From: Octopus sinensis
Lineage: Eukaryota
Direction of reading: 5' to 3'
DNA: 64,000 nucleotides
Assembly: GCF_006345805.1 (NCBI RefSeq)
Contig: NC_043001.1
Location: forward strand, 34,782,001 to 34,846,000
Shown here: positions 40,067 through 52,435 of the stretch, one piece after another
Numbering within the stretch: position 1 is the first letter of the stretch
How the letters are laid out: each line of letters opens with the position of its first letter
Position numbers and translations under genes: made by a program
The notes under the pieces: model-generated
Told to the model about the DNA's origin: nothing
The model's database searches: none
What the model saw: the letters and a program-made list of their open reading frames with translations, nothing else

Positions 40067-40648
40067 TAATATATATATACATATATAAGTTTACATAGTT
40101 TTCATATATTTTAAAATATAATTTATATTGTGTTTGGCGACTGGTTTCGCTTTCGCTAATCACGACATTGGAATTATTGTAATTTTGTATTTTTAAAGAA
40201 GATTTTAGACCATGTTGTGTGTGGAAGAAGTTTATGAATATGTATACACATATATATGTATACACATATATATGTGTGTGTGTGTGTGTGCGTACACTTG
40301 CTTGCGTGGTGGTTATTTTTCAACAAATATACGGGCACATATTGTATTTAAATTCTTTTTCTTACAATCAGAGTACTAGCTATCTAAATAACTAATTAAC
40401 TAACCGAATCTACGGTTCAGCAATGATTCATATATTATATATTATGTAACAATTGTTTCGTCGCAGCCTACGATTTTTAAGTGTAGCTTCCCCTCATCTG
40501 ATGTGCATATGCCATAAATTCAGCATTTACACTTTTACAACAGAAGAGCACATGTGACCATTAAACAACAATTCGTAAAATTATGTGGTAAGCATTTGTT
40601 TCAGATAATGGAAGGAAATAAAGATGTTGATGATGAGTACACATACAC

Positions 40649-40685
<37 letters not shown>

Positions 40686-40721
40686 GTGTGTGTGTTGTGT
40701 TTATATATTTATACATACGCA

Positions 40722-40795
<74 letters not shown>

Positions 40796-41015
40796 TATAT
40801 ATATATATATATATATATAATATTGCAATGTTCTCAGCAATATCAAACGAGATAGTTTTCCAAGTGACATTCGCGAAAATCCAATGTATTGATATACTTT
40901 TGTAAATTTCATTAGTTTATTAGTAGCTATGTATTTATTAGTGTATATATGAATTTATGCCTGCGTACATGAAATACACTGTTAGTTCCTTATGGGATGT
41001 TATGAAATATTAATT

Positions 41016-41201
41016 GGTATTTCGTAAGCCGCTACGTTCTGAGTTCAAATTCCGCCGAAGTCGACTTTGCCTTTAATCCTTTCGGGGTCGATTAAATAAG
41101 TACCAGGTACGCACTGGGGTCGATCTAATCGACTTAATCCGCTTGCCTGTCCTTGTTTATCCCCTCTGTGTGTAGCCCCTTGTGGGCAGTAAAGAAATAA
41201 G
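41016..41201 (+). mobile_element. 5'-truncated SINE family B
   Basis: Begins at GGTATTTCGT; core and tail intact. Confidence 0.9.
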
Positions 41202-41934
41202 AAGTGTTGATTTCCTTAAAATTATCTCCCCTTCATATTCTGTGTAGGTTGCTATTATCGTTTGCTGTATTTCCTTTCTTTCGCCCAGTATATAATTTTA
41301 GTAAGTCAAGAATTTCACTTTAAGTTCTTCTGTTTTACTTTTTTCGACTTGGAGAAATATTAGGAGAACCAATACTATTGGAGAGATGAATAAACAAGCA
41401 CAAAGACTAATAGTGGAACATTCTCATCAAAGCATCTTCCAATTGCGAACTTGATAGAATAGGTGCATTTGTTACGGACAGACAGGTAAAGGTATGTATC
41501 ATTTTGGGGGTCAGCTGTTCTGTTCATGCGTATACTCTTCGAAAATCAGCTCCTGGGCCAATAATTTTAAATTCACATTTATAACAATACTAATTAATGC
41601 ACTTAGTTTTGTTGGTAAATGCCTATGTGACAAGTTGGGAAAGCTAAGGTTTCAGATAATGAAATGAACAACCTAACATGTACGTTGCAAGTAAAATTTG
41701 CAAACACAAAAATAAATGTATGTAAGACTGGTTCTGAAGGTGAACATGTGACCTTGTATTTGCTATTTATATATTCCTGCAATGGAACATATTTTTGTTA
41801 GAACACATTCTGTTCTTTACAACAAGACTTCAAATAATTAATCATGGAAGACAACATACATACATACATGCGTGCATACATACAACACACGCACCACACA
41901 CCACACACACACACACACCACACATATATATATA

Positions 41935-41965
<31 letters not shown>

Positions 41966-42920
41966 CATATATAATACATCTATGTGTGTGTATTTCTGAC
42001 ACTTATACATTCACTCTTACGCATATACATTATATATATATATACATATATATATATACTTATACATATATATACATATATGCATATACATACATACATA
42101 TATATATATACATATATATATATATTACGACGTATATGCGTTAGTGTGCATGTATGCGCGTTAGAAATACTCGCATAGGCACACGCATATATATAGATAT
42201 GTACTTGTATCCTTCTATACCTATAAAGATATTGAATAGGAGAACATTTTATTCGTATATGAATATATGTGTGTGCGCAAGCACTCGTATCTTAACTTAA
42301 GGTTGTACAGAGAAGACACACTTCGAGTCAGTCATAAATTCTGTTTTTTTATTTATCTATACACACTTACATGTCATGTATGAATGATATTTAATAAACA
42401 TATGTATTAGTTCCTATTAGTAATTCTCATACACGGATGTGCTTGTATGAATTTGGGTCTGTCTAAATATTCTAATATTCAAAAACATATTTTGTATAGT
42501 TTAAATTCTATTGCTCAATCTAAATTGCTTCAAGAGATTTCCAAGTTACAACTATTTATTTATTTTATTTTTCGCATCATAAAATGAACGCTATAAAATT
42601 CAATAAACTGTATTTGCCTTTTGGGATTTTTCAATAATGATAATAAAAATAATAATTTCTTTTAACAACAACAATAATAATAATAATTATCATTATTATT
42701 ATTATTGATATTATCATTATTTTAATATTTCTTTCTTTCTCCACTAACGGCTATTTAACCCATAAAAAACCGTTTGCACAGAAGTTAGAACAACGTCTGG
42801 AATTGTCGAAGAAAAACAAGGGCTCGAGGACCTTACACAATATAAACGGGAACAGACTAAAAGACTGTTAAAATATATTTTTCAATTTCAGGCGCAGCCG
42901 TTATCTTTAGAATTCCACGT

Positions 42921-42940
42921 CGGCACTTTGCCGTTTCTAG
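42921..42940 (+). mobile_element. Possible Helitron 3' terminus
   Basis: Hairpin CGGCA-CTT-TGCCG followed by TTT-CTAG|T; 5' end not located. Confidence 0.35.
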
Positions 42941-43059
42941 TCCGGTGTGTGATAGACCAACGGTGGTGAGTGAAACTCGGCAGATTATTCAGAAGCACAT
43001 ACATATATATTTAGAGATGGAATCGACTGTGTTTATATATATATATATATATATATATA

Positions 43060-43240
43060 TCATATATAAAATCCGTTCTGTATGTCTGTCTGTGTGTGTG
43101 TGTGGCTTCTATGATCTCGGGCATCCTCCATCCGATTGCGCTCAAATTTGATATGTAGATACCAACGGTATCAAGGCGTGTATAAATCTTGAAAAATTAC
43201 AAAAATCGATTCCAGGTGAGAATGCGATCGATAAAGCCGT
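43060..43240 (+). mobile_element. 3'-truncated non-autonomous Helitron-like element
   Basis: Starts TCATATATAAAATCCGTTCTGTATGTCTGTCTG, with an internal CCGATTGCGCTCAAATTTG motif like the other Helitrons; no CTAG end. Confidence 0.55.
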
Positions 43241-43409
43241 GCTTCTTTTGCTGGTGTCTCAAATTTAGGTTAAATCAGTGTTTCTCAAAGGGGAGGCCTA
43301 TGAGACGGTCGGACAAGAGGTTTTGAAAAAATTTGGTTGAAATGTTTGACAACTCAGCACCGTCCAGTGGACAGGGGTAGCGTTTTGCTCGTATACATAC
43401 ATACATATG

Positions 43410-43484
<75 letters not shown>

Positions 43485-43524
43485 AGTATATATATAATAT
43501 ATATATCATATAAACACACACATA

Positions 43525-44082
43525 CAGGGTGTTCAAAACGTCTCTCCGCAGTGATGTTCTCTCATCCTGCACATCCATCAACACCGAGAGATATTGCTCA
43601 AATATTGTCTATCCATTTGCAGGCCAACTCACTGAATGTGAAATTAAAAATGCATACTTTCAGCAATATGGAACTACACCACATACTTCCCGCATCACCA
43701 TGGCGCTACTTCAAGAGTTTTTCAGTGAACGGATTATTTCGAAGGGACTTGGGCCACCAAGATTACCTGATTTAACACCGCCAGACTTTTTTTCTTGGGA
43801 GCAAGTAAAGGATCAATGAACAAGAATCGCCCTAAAACCATTAATGAGGGGAAAGACGCAATCATAACCTTCACGCGGTCCATACCACGTCAGACTTTCC
43901 AAGATGTATTTCAAAACATGAGTAGAAGGGTCAACTTATGTATTGAAAATGAAGGACACCTTTAAGAATTTTTTTTTGAAGTCTTGTAAAGTCTAATATA
44001 TTCTTTTGAAGGCTTATATCATCTTATAGATATTTATTTTGCAATAAAATATTTAGTGCGGAGAGACTTTTTGAACATCCTG
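43525..44082 (+). mobile_element. Internally deleted Tc1/mariner-superfamily transposon
   Basis: 26-bp TIRs CAGGGTGTTCAAAACGTCTCTCCGCA / TGCGGAGAGACTTTTTGAACATCCTG with TA flanks. Transposase relic AYFQQYGTTPHTSR...FSERIISKGLGPPRLPDLTPPDFFSWEQVK corresponds to FQQDGA..H / WPPRSPDLTP.DFFLWG. Confidence 0.92.
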
Positions 44083-45976
44083 TATGTGTGTGTGTTTGTA
44101 TGTGTGTGTGTGTGCGCGTGTGTGTGTGTGTGCATGGGTGTATGTGTATGTGTGTGCGTGTATAGGTGTGTATAATTGCATAAATGTATGCACGCGTTTG
44201 TTCCCATATGTGAATCAGTCAACACTGTCTGTTTGCGTCACATTAGTTATCTGTTCTTACCGCTTTTGCTGTTCACACTCGCCTGTTTCCTTTTCAACTT
44301 CTCAAAAATCGCAGTAATGTTTCATGCTTCCGCAACTGATGCAACTACACAGTTTGCACTGAATTACGAATCTTACCCTATTTGTTTTCACGCCCACAAC
44401 AAAGTGAACCTCGCTCATATATAGTTCTGCCCTTTCTTGGAACTTTACGAATTAACACTCTCATGGATACTATTGGCCACACCTACCAGAATTGAAAAAA
44501 ACTCAGTACTGAAGTCATTATAATCATCAAAATTCTTGAAGGTGACGCCTACCATGGCCACCTTCAAATGAATAAAAAGAAGTAAAATAGAGGAATTACT
44601 AAACAGAATATTTAAAATTACTATAACACTTAATAATAGTAAAACGCAATAATTAAAACAAAATCTAATCTCATGAAAATAACCAAATCACACACGCCTG
44701 GAAAATATCCGCATACTTGAAAGTATAGCGAAAGTCACCCGTTAACTAATTGTTTCGGGCGAAGTTATTAGACCCCAACCTGTTCTACGTAATTTTTTCA
44801 AGGAAACCAACAGATTTTCATTCATTTCAATTGTTGACCTTTAGTTTATTGTATGTATTCTTTTTTCTTTTGGTTATGTTGTGTTAAATCCCTCCCAACC
44901 AGCACCATACCTTCTTCGCATCCTTAATGTGGACTAGTTATTTCGCCATAAAAACGTAAAACCCATAACGCAGTCGTTTGGAGACGATTCTGTTCACTGT
45001 TTCTGGTGGCTTTTTGGAGGTGATGTCACCCATCTTTTAGGACGTTTTCTTCTTTTTACCAATTGCTCTCTCTTTCTCTCTCTCTCTTTTTTACTTTCTC
45101 CTTATATATATATATGTGTGTGTGTGTGTATGTGTGTGTGTGGTGTGTGTGTGGTGTGGTGTGGTGCGTGTGTGTATGTATTTATGTGTGTTCATATATC
45201 TATGTGTGAAAGTCTTGATTCTACTTAGGTGACTACAACTAGACACTCGTTTCGAGGATCGAGTAGGATGTACCATTTCCCAATATCTACGTAACTCCGA
45301 CTCGCGATGATCTGGAGTCGGTAACATGCTGCTGGCGTAATCGTTGCCTTTGCTTAACATCACCACCTATTTTTTCTTTTGTTCCTACAGTTTCTCGTGA
45401 AGCATATTCCAAGTGATCCTTCCATCCTGTGGAAGGATCACTTGTACACTATGTGTCTCAAGTATCTTGTTTCTACACCTGTATTAGGGAACCGCCATAG
45501 TGGATAAGTAACAGCCGCATGTATTCCCGGAAAATTATTCCAACTTTGGTTAATTAATTCGTGGACGCTTTTGCAGTTATTACGATAGGTGAAGAGTAGA
45601 GTTTTGAGAAGTTGCATGACCTACTAAATTTTATCATGGAGAAATTCTGAATACTAATACACTGGGAACTAGGCAAGTTACTCACAGCCTCTTAAATACT
45701 TTTGATAAAAGATGTAATTGCCGACAGCAGATAAATATGCTCACGACACAGATTTGATATTTTCTATTGTTTGCTCAAAAAGTTAAAGCGCTTTGTTAGA
45801 TAATGAGATAAATGGGTGTGATGGGTATAAGTGGGTGTAATGTGTATATTTGCGATTTTGAAGAATATATTGTTGCTAATTACTCATATTATGGAGATAT
45901 TAAGAAAACTACGTCTAGTAGAATTTAGAACTGTGAATTTGAAATATACAACCTTAGATATATATTTCAATATGTA

Positions 45977-46201
45977 TGATGGAGTGCTGAAAAGTTGCTG
46001 GCTTTGGGTAAAAGAAAATACGGGAGGATCAATTAATTTTGATTTTATCCAATATATTCCCCTCTCGGATTAACTCACTTATGGTAGCGGTCTTTCCGCT
46101 TTTCTAAGTCCCGTAACAAAGCCCTCCAACGCAGAAGGTTGAAAGTTCAGTCAGACCTTTCATGACACCCTTAAAGCCAGGAATCTTTCAGCACCCACTG
46201 G
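45977..46201. mobile_element. Mariner-type MITE (~225 bp)
   Basis: TA-flanked imperfect TIRs TGATGGAGTGCTGAAAAGTTGCTGGCTTTGGG / CCCTTAAAGCCAGGAATCTTTCAGCACCCACTGG. Confidence 0.75.
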
Positions 46202-46919
46202 TATACATTTCAATATATAATCTGACCATTATTATTGTATAATTTAGATTCTTATATTCAAGCTTTTATTGATAAATGCTTGATAAACATAAGTAAAAAA
46301 AAAAATAGATTGGAAACAATAATTGTGTTAATTAAATATTGGGATGTGCTCCATGAAATATTAATATTGAATATAGGTGAAAATTAACCTGCTTTTGTTA
46401 AGCTGCAAATAATTTTAACATAAAGCTTCAATGAAAACAGAGGATGCGTCTGGCAGCTGGGAGATTTTAGCTTTTGTTCTCTTTAGAATATGATTACGCA
46501 ATGTTTTTCGTTCAGATTTGTAGGTTTTGTAAAAAGCAAAAGTAATGATAATAATGTAAAGAATAACATGCATTTGATGAAGAAATAAACACGTGACTAT
46601 TATATCACACGAGAGGATAATTCTAAGACAGGAAATAGCGACAATTCTCTAGATACCGATCGAGTGTTCTCATTGCATTGGACTTAAAGCAACATTACAA
46701 CAGATGCTAGAAATGCATTTACTCATACATTTATAGGAATCGATTCTAAACAGAATCATATGAATTAATTCTAAGATTAAGGTTTGTTACAAGAACATTT
46801 TACACTAACATGATAATTTGTATTGAGTGGGTACCATGTTTTTTCGGGTATGTAATTTTAAACAGGCTAACATACATATTTGTGCGTGTGTGTGTTTGTG
46901 TGTGCATACATACACATGT

Positions 46920-46950
<31 letters not shown>

Positions 46951-48106
46951 CAAATATATATATATGTATATATATACACACATTCATATATAAATATATG
47001 TATATATATATTATATATATATATAAAAATATATATATATATATATATATATTACATATATATATATACATACATTCATATAAATAAATTATATATATAT
47101 ATATATATACACGCACACACACCACACACACACACGCGTGTGTTTGTGCGTGGTTTGTTAACCTCATTTAAATTACTGGTTTCAAATTTCAGTCTATGGT
47201 ATCTTACTCCTATCATATACATTTTATTTGTTGGTTTGTTGATAATTTGTATTAAATTAGAGTTATATCAAAAGAAATCACAGACAAGCAATTTTTTTTC
47301 CCTAAAACGTTAAGGACTTAAAATCGTTTACTGATCCCAGATAATCCTTCTCTATTGACCAAATTTTATTATTTGTGAAAAGGTTAAACGGTTAAAGTCG
47401 AAACGAATTGAAATGTCAACAAACTTCAGTCAGACTTTGCTCGAGTCTCTCAAGTACTCTACGTCCATGAGAATTTTCCGCTTGCTGTCATTTCAAAAGA
47501 AACAGACGATTGATTCTGTCGTGCGTTTATTAAGTTTAAGCACATGACAACGATACCATTTACCTCTTCAGATGAGTATTTTATGAAAGACAAATATTTA
47601 CTAATAGAGAAAAGTCAAAACCCGAAAAAATAAAAAAAATAATCATTCGTGGCTGCGATGTAATTTTTATACAATATGCAGTCAAAAGCACTAAAACACA
47701 GTATAAGTGTTACTATTTACAAGTGAATATAGATTCATTGCAGCACTGATATTAATCTTTAAATAGCCATATTATTATATAATTTCATACTAAGTGTTCA
47801 AAATATACGTAAAATAACGTAGTAAGTCATGTTTCAGTATATATGAATTGTAAATTTTACATTTGTGAAATATCATTTGTGAAGTAACAATTTGTATTCG
47901 TTTCAAAGAAAAAAGAACGGAAAAATATTGTTAGAGTTAAATTGTTACGTCATTTGTGTAATTTGTGTGAGTAGGAGAACGCAAGGAGAGTCTTTCTTTG
48001 ATTGATTACTTCAGGAGATATGATGAGTAATGAAATACATTTACTGATATAGAAATAAGATCTCGAACAGTCTGAGGTCAATAGAACATATCACTAAAAT
48101 ATATCA

Positions 48107-49830
48107 TTCTTTTCAGAGCTGCGGCCATGCTGGGGCACTGCCGTTTTGCTACACTGTTATTATTGAGAGCCTCCTCTAATATGTAATATGTAGCAGTTGG
48201 TGAATAAGGGAATTTGATGTCGCTACCCTCATTTGCACCTCTTGCCGCGAAGTAGGTTCATCTGGGGAACTATCGGGACCAGCAGTTGAGTTTGCATCTA
48301 CCTCATCTATAGCTAACAGTATATCTTCGTCGCTAATATCGATGTAATCCATCGTAACTGCCTCGCTGGCTATAGGTGAGGCGGCAAAGAAATCCACTGG
48401 TTCGTTCAATTGTCTGTGTTCCAACGGCATGGTAAAGACACTTTTGAACTGGTCATTCAGTACCACACTGAACCAGGACGGACTATCTGTGGGGGAGCCG
48501 CCTTTTGGAAGAGGGATCTTCTTTCTGTTTCTTTGACATAATGAAAGAAGGACTTTGGGTTTATGTTTTTTTATAACTCAAGCATCTTTGCTCTCTTCCT
48601 CACATAGGACTGTTGCAGGCTTTTTTCAATCTCCATAAGCGTTTTTTTTTAGGCGGGACCTTTCAGTACTTTTGGAATGTTGGTTGAAGGGAATTGCAAC
48701 CTTCGTCCGTTGTCTCTTGAGGATGTTTCTCTACCTTGGAATCTTGTTCCTTTTTCTGTTGGTCTTGTGCTCTGGGACATATTTCTGGTATATGGTTTGC
48801 ATAGCAGACATGCAATATTCTAGTTTCATGCCATTGTCAGGTTTCGAGAGATATTTCCACCAATTCTGTCTGAGGATCTCTTTTTTGGATCGATTTCTAG
48901 TCTGCTTTGTGGATGTTCAGATTGGAGAGATCTCGGGTGCTTCCTTTAGGCTGTATGTCTCTGGCTACTTTTGGTCCATACATAGACAGCTCTATTACGT
49001 TCTGATCCGAAACTAATGTCTGCGTCGCTTTCACATCATGAATGATGTCCATATCTTTTGTGAAGCAGAGATCCAAAATGTTATTCGCCCTAGTTGGTCT
49101 GAGTACAACTTGCTCCATGAATAGGGCATTAGTGAGGTTGAGCAGAGACTCCACCTGTGCTAGTTTGCAATGAGTCATTCCTGAGAGCATGAGGCCTTCG
49201 GGTCATTTGACATTGGGGAAGTTGAAATCATCCATAAGTGATGTTCCAGCTTCATGAGGGTTTCTTTAATTCTTGTGGGGCAATCTTCAAACTTGCCTAT
49301 GCGGTTTGGAGCATCCGGTAGGCGATATGTATTGCATATGACTATATTGCGTTGTTTTATGCATACAATTAGAATGTCACATACTGAATTTGAGTATGGC
49401 AGTAAGACCTGGGGTGTGAGGTCTTCAAGGATGTATACAGCAACCCCACCATGGCTTCTATCCCTTGTGTCTGTTCACAGTATGGTATATTTTGCTACGT
49501 GTACTTCAGGGCTAATGAGTTTCCACGAGTGCTATGCATAGGTCTTGATTGCATGCAGCAAGGTCTCTCACGAAAAAAAATTCCTTTTGTTGTTGTAATG
49601 CAACAAGCCTCAAATATTTAGTAAAAATATTGGCATGACGACTGTGCAGGAGTTAGAGGAGGCCATCTCATATCTGGTGATTGTGGTGGTCTCGCGCAGT
49701 GGTGGGTAAAATTCCCTGTTTGCGATTGATGTACCCACGTCAGCTGCTGCACAATCTTTTGCGCCATGCGCAAAAGAGACTCTTGCTCAGCTGTTGCCTT
49801 GCGCATAACATCTGAAGAACGCATTGCATT
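48107..49830 (-). mobile_element. CR1/L2-group LINE relic: APE endonuclease and spacer retained, RT domain deleted, 3' end intact
   Basis: Endonuclease motifs GGVAVYI, DFNFP, PTRANNILDLCFT and VSDQ(=SDH). Pre-RT region LNDQFKSVFT...DILLAIDEVDANSTAGPD is joined in frame to the terminal PDEPT...SNSLIHQ*. Short 3' tail GGCAGTGCCCCAGCATGGCCGCAG. Several stops. Confidence 0.88.
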
Positions 49831-49849
49831 TATGTTTTTTGAAGGATGT

Positions 49850-50230
49850 GAGGGAAAAGGAGAGACGGAGTGAGAAGAGGGGAGAAATGAGAAGTATACG
49901 AGGGAGAGGGTGAGATGAGAGGTGGAGAGGTAGATGTAGAAATAGACAAAGGAAGGGAGAGACAGTGAGGGAGAGGAGAGAAAATGTGGGAGGTATCAAA
50001 CAGAGGGAGAGATGTAGAGACAGACAAAGGGAGGGAGAGACATAATGAGGGAGAGAGATGAGAAAAGGAGAAGATATGGAAGAGGTGTAAAGAGAGACAA
50101 AGGGGGGGGGGCGATAGAAAAGGGAAAAGGAGAAAGGTATGAAAGGGGAGGAGAGAGGAGAGAGGGGAGGAGCAGGTAACGAAGATGCGAAGGAAAGAAA
50201 AAACAAAAGGTATAGATTGAGAGGGTCGCT
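49850..50230. repeat. Purine-rich (GA/GGA) low-complexity tract
   Basis: Direct reading. Confidence 0.9.
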
Positions 50231-50876
50231 GTAAAAAAGATGAATGGAATAAACGATAGTGAAAAGAAAGAGGTTTCGTAACGAAATCGTTACATAAATT
50301 TTTTCAAATAGAATGTAAACGAAAAGGTCGTTGTAAGAAAAATTTAAATGAAAAACAATAGTGATAAAATGAAAATAAAAAGGTTTCGTAAATAAAGGTT
50401 TCGTAAATTTTCAAATAAAATAAAAAGGTGCCGAAAATTTTCAAATAAAATGTAAATAAACAATACGTCTAAACTCAAATTTTCAACCGGTATTACCAAA
50501 CATAAAACAAAATAAATAATATGAGTAGGATACTTATTCCCAAGAGGTAAAATTCTAATCTTTGTTCTAGTACAAAGAAATTTTGTTTCAAAGAAAAATC
50601 GTGTTACACGCGGCCGCAAATGAAAGTACGATTTATTAACACGTGCTTTCTTCGAGGATAACTCTAGCTTGCGTTACTTTAATGTAAAACATTGAACTTT
50701 TAATGTAATATATTAAATTTTTTTACCAATATACTATAGCAGACTGTTATGAAATAACAAGTACTGCGTCTTTTGTCAGTTTTAGTAGATTTTTCGTCGA
50801 TTTAAGGGTAACACTCTTGATTTTTTCAGGAGCACAAAAATCACGTCTTTCCACAACGAAACCTGAAGTATATATA

Positions 50877-51264
50877 TTCTCTTTTACTCTTTTAGATGTT
50901 TCAGTCATTTGACTGCGGCCATGCTGGAGCACCGCCTTTAGTCGAGCAAATCGACCCCGGGAATTATTCTTTGTAAGCCCAGTACTTATTCTATCGGTCT
51001 CTTTTGCCGAACCGCTAACACACCAGCATCAGTTGTCAAGCAATGCTAGGGGGACAAACACAGACACACAAACACATACACATACATATATATACATATA
51101 TACGACAGGCTTCTTTCAGTTTCCGTCTACCAAATCCACTCACAAGGCATTGGTCGGCCCGGGGCTATAGCAGAAGACACTTGCCCAAGATTCCACGAAG
51201 TGGGACTGAACCCGGAACCATGTGGTTGGTTAGCAAGCTACTTACCACACAGCCACTCCTGCGC
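50877..51264 (-). mobile_element. Full-length SINE family A
   Basis: Minus strand: A-box TGGCTGTGTGG, B-box-like GGTTCAGTCCC, TCTTGGGCAAGTGTCTT, internal CA/TA microsatellite, and tail GGCGGTGCTCCAGCATGGCCGCAGTCAAATGACTGAAAC. Confidence 0.92.
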
Positions 51265-51851
51265 ATTTAGTAATAAACATTTTATTCAATATGATTCTAA
51301 ACTATAACAAAAGTACAATTTCGAGCACCGAAATAATTTATCCGACCACAGTTTTTATGTACTACAAATAAAACGGCGAGGATTATCGCAGGAATATTTT
51401 ACTAAAAACTAGGAATTTTATGAACTGCAGAAATATAGACTGAAAATACTAACATAAGGAATTTAATCTAAAAATCGTAAGCGAATTAATTCCTGCAAAA
51501 ATAGAAAAGTCGCTAGTAGATTGATGAAGTTTTTATTCACAGAAACACTCATTGCTAATATGAATTTGTTCAAAGAATCACGAAAAAAAAATATTACAAA
51601 ACATTTATTGATTTGGAATAAAGAGTTGGAAAAAATAACGTCAGATTTAATTGTGAGTGAAATAGTTAAACATAATTGTACATCAATTCAAATAGCGCAG
51701 TCACGCGCGGGCAGAAACGTATACATATATGTATATAACATATGCGTGTGTGCATGTGTGAGTATATATACATATATATACATACATATATATATACATA
51801 AACTCTCTCGCATACACACACACATACATATTTATATATATATATATATAT

Positions 51852-52098
51852 AATTTCAACATTGAGGGCAAAAATTAATTATTATTAATCAATTTCACCA
51901 AGTGTTCAGTATGCAAAGGGACCATTCAAGGCGAATTCAAATTATTACATTATATAAAAGGGCTTAGTAAAATAAATTACTATATAGAGAGATTTCTTTA
52001 AGTATTAGAAATAGCTTTAAAAAAGTTTTTTTAGCTGCTATTTCTAATGAGTTCATATGCGGCAAAGTAATTTATTTTACTAAGCACTTTTATATAAT
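51852..52098. mobile_element. Foldback element related to the 17622-17920 element
   Basis: 33-bp arms at 51949-51981 and 52066-52098 (1 mismatch), inner 12-bp arms ATTAGAAATAGC/GCTATTTCTAAT. 51852-51890 resembles the reverse complement of about 17870-17920. Confidence 0.65.
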
Positions 52099-52161
52099 AT
52101 ATATATATATATATATATACAATAAACACTCAAGTAAGTATATATATAATTATATGTATGC

Positions 52162-52253
<92 letters not shown>

Positions 52254-52254
52254 A

Positions 52255-52287
<33 letters not shown>

Positions 52288-52395
52288 GCTCGCTTGTTTT
52301 TATGTCTGTCTGCTTGTCTGTCTCTATCTATGTATCGAGCTCTACCTCCTGTCTATCTCTCTCTCTTCTCTGTATATATATATATTTTATATATA

Positions 52396-52435
<40 letters not shown>

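Noticed and set aside
43276-43380. CAGTGTTTCTCAAA, an hAT/Charlie-like left TIR
   Set aside because: No matching right TIR or 8-bp TSD found.
50877-51264. tRNA gene
   Set aside because: The A/B boxes belong to the tRNA-derived SINE head; there is no complete cloverleaf.
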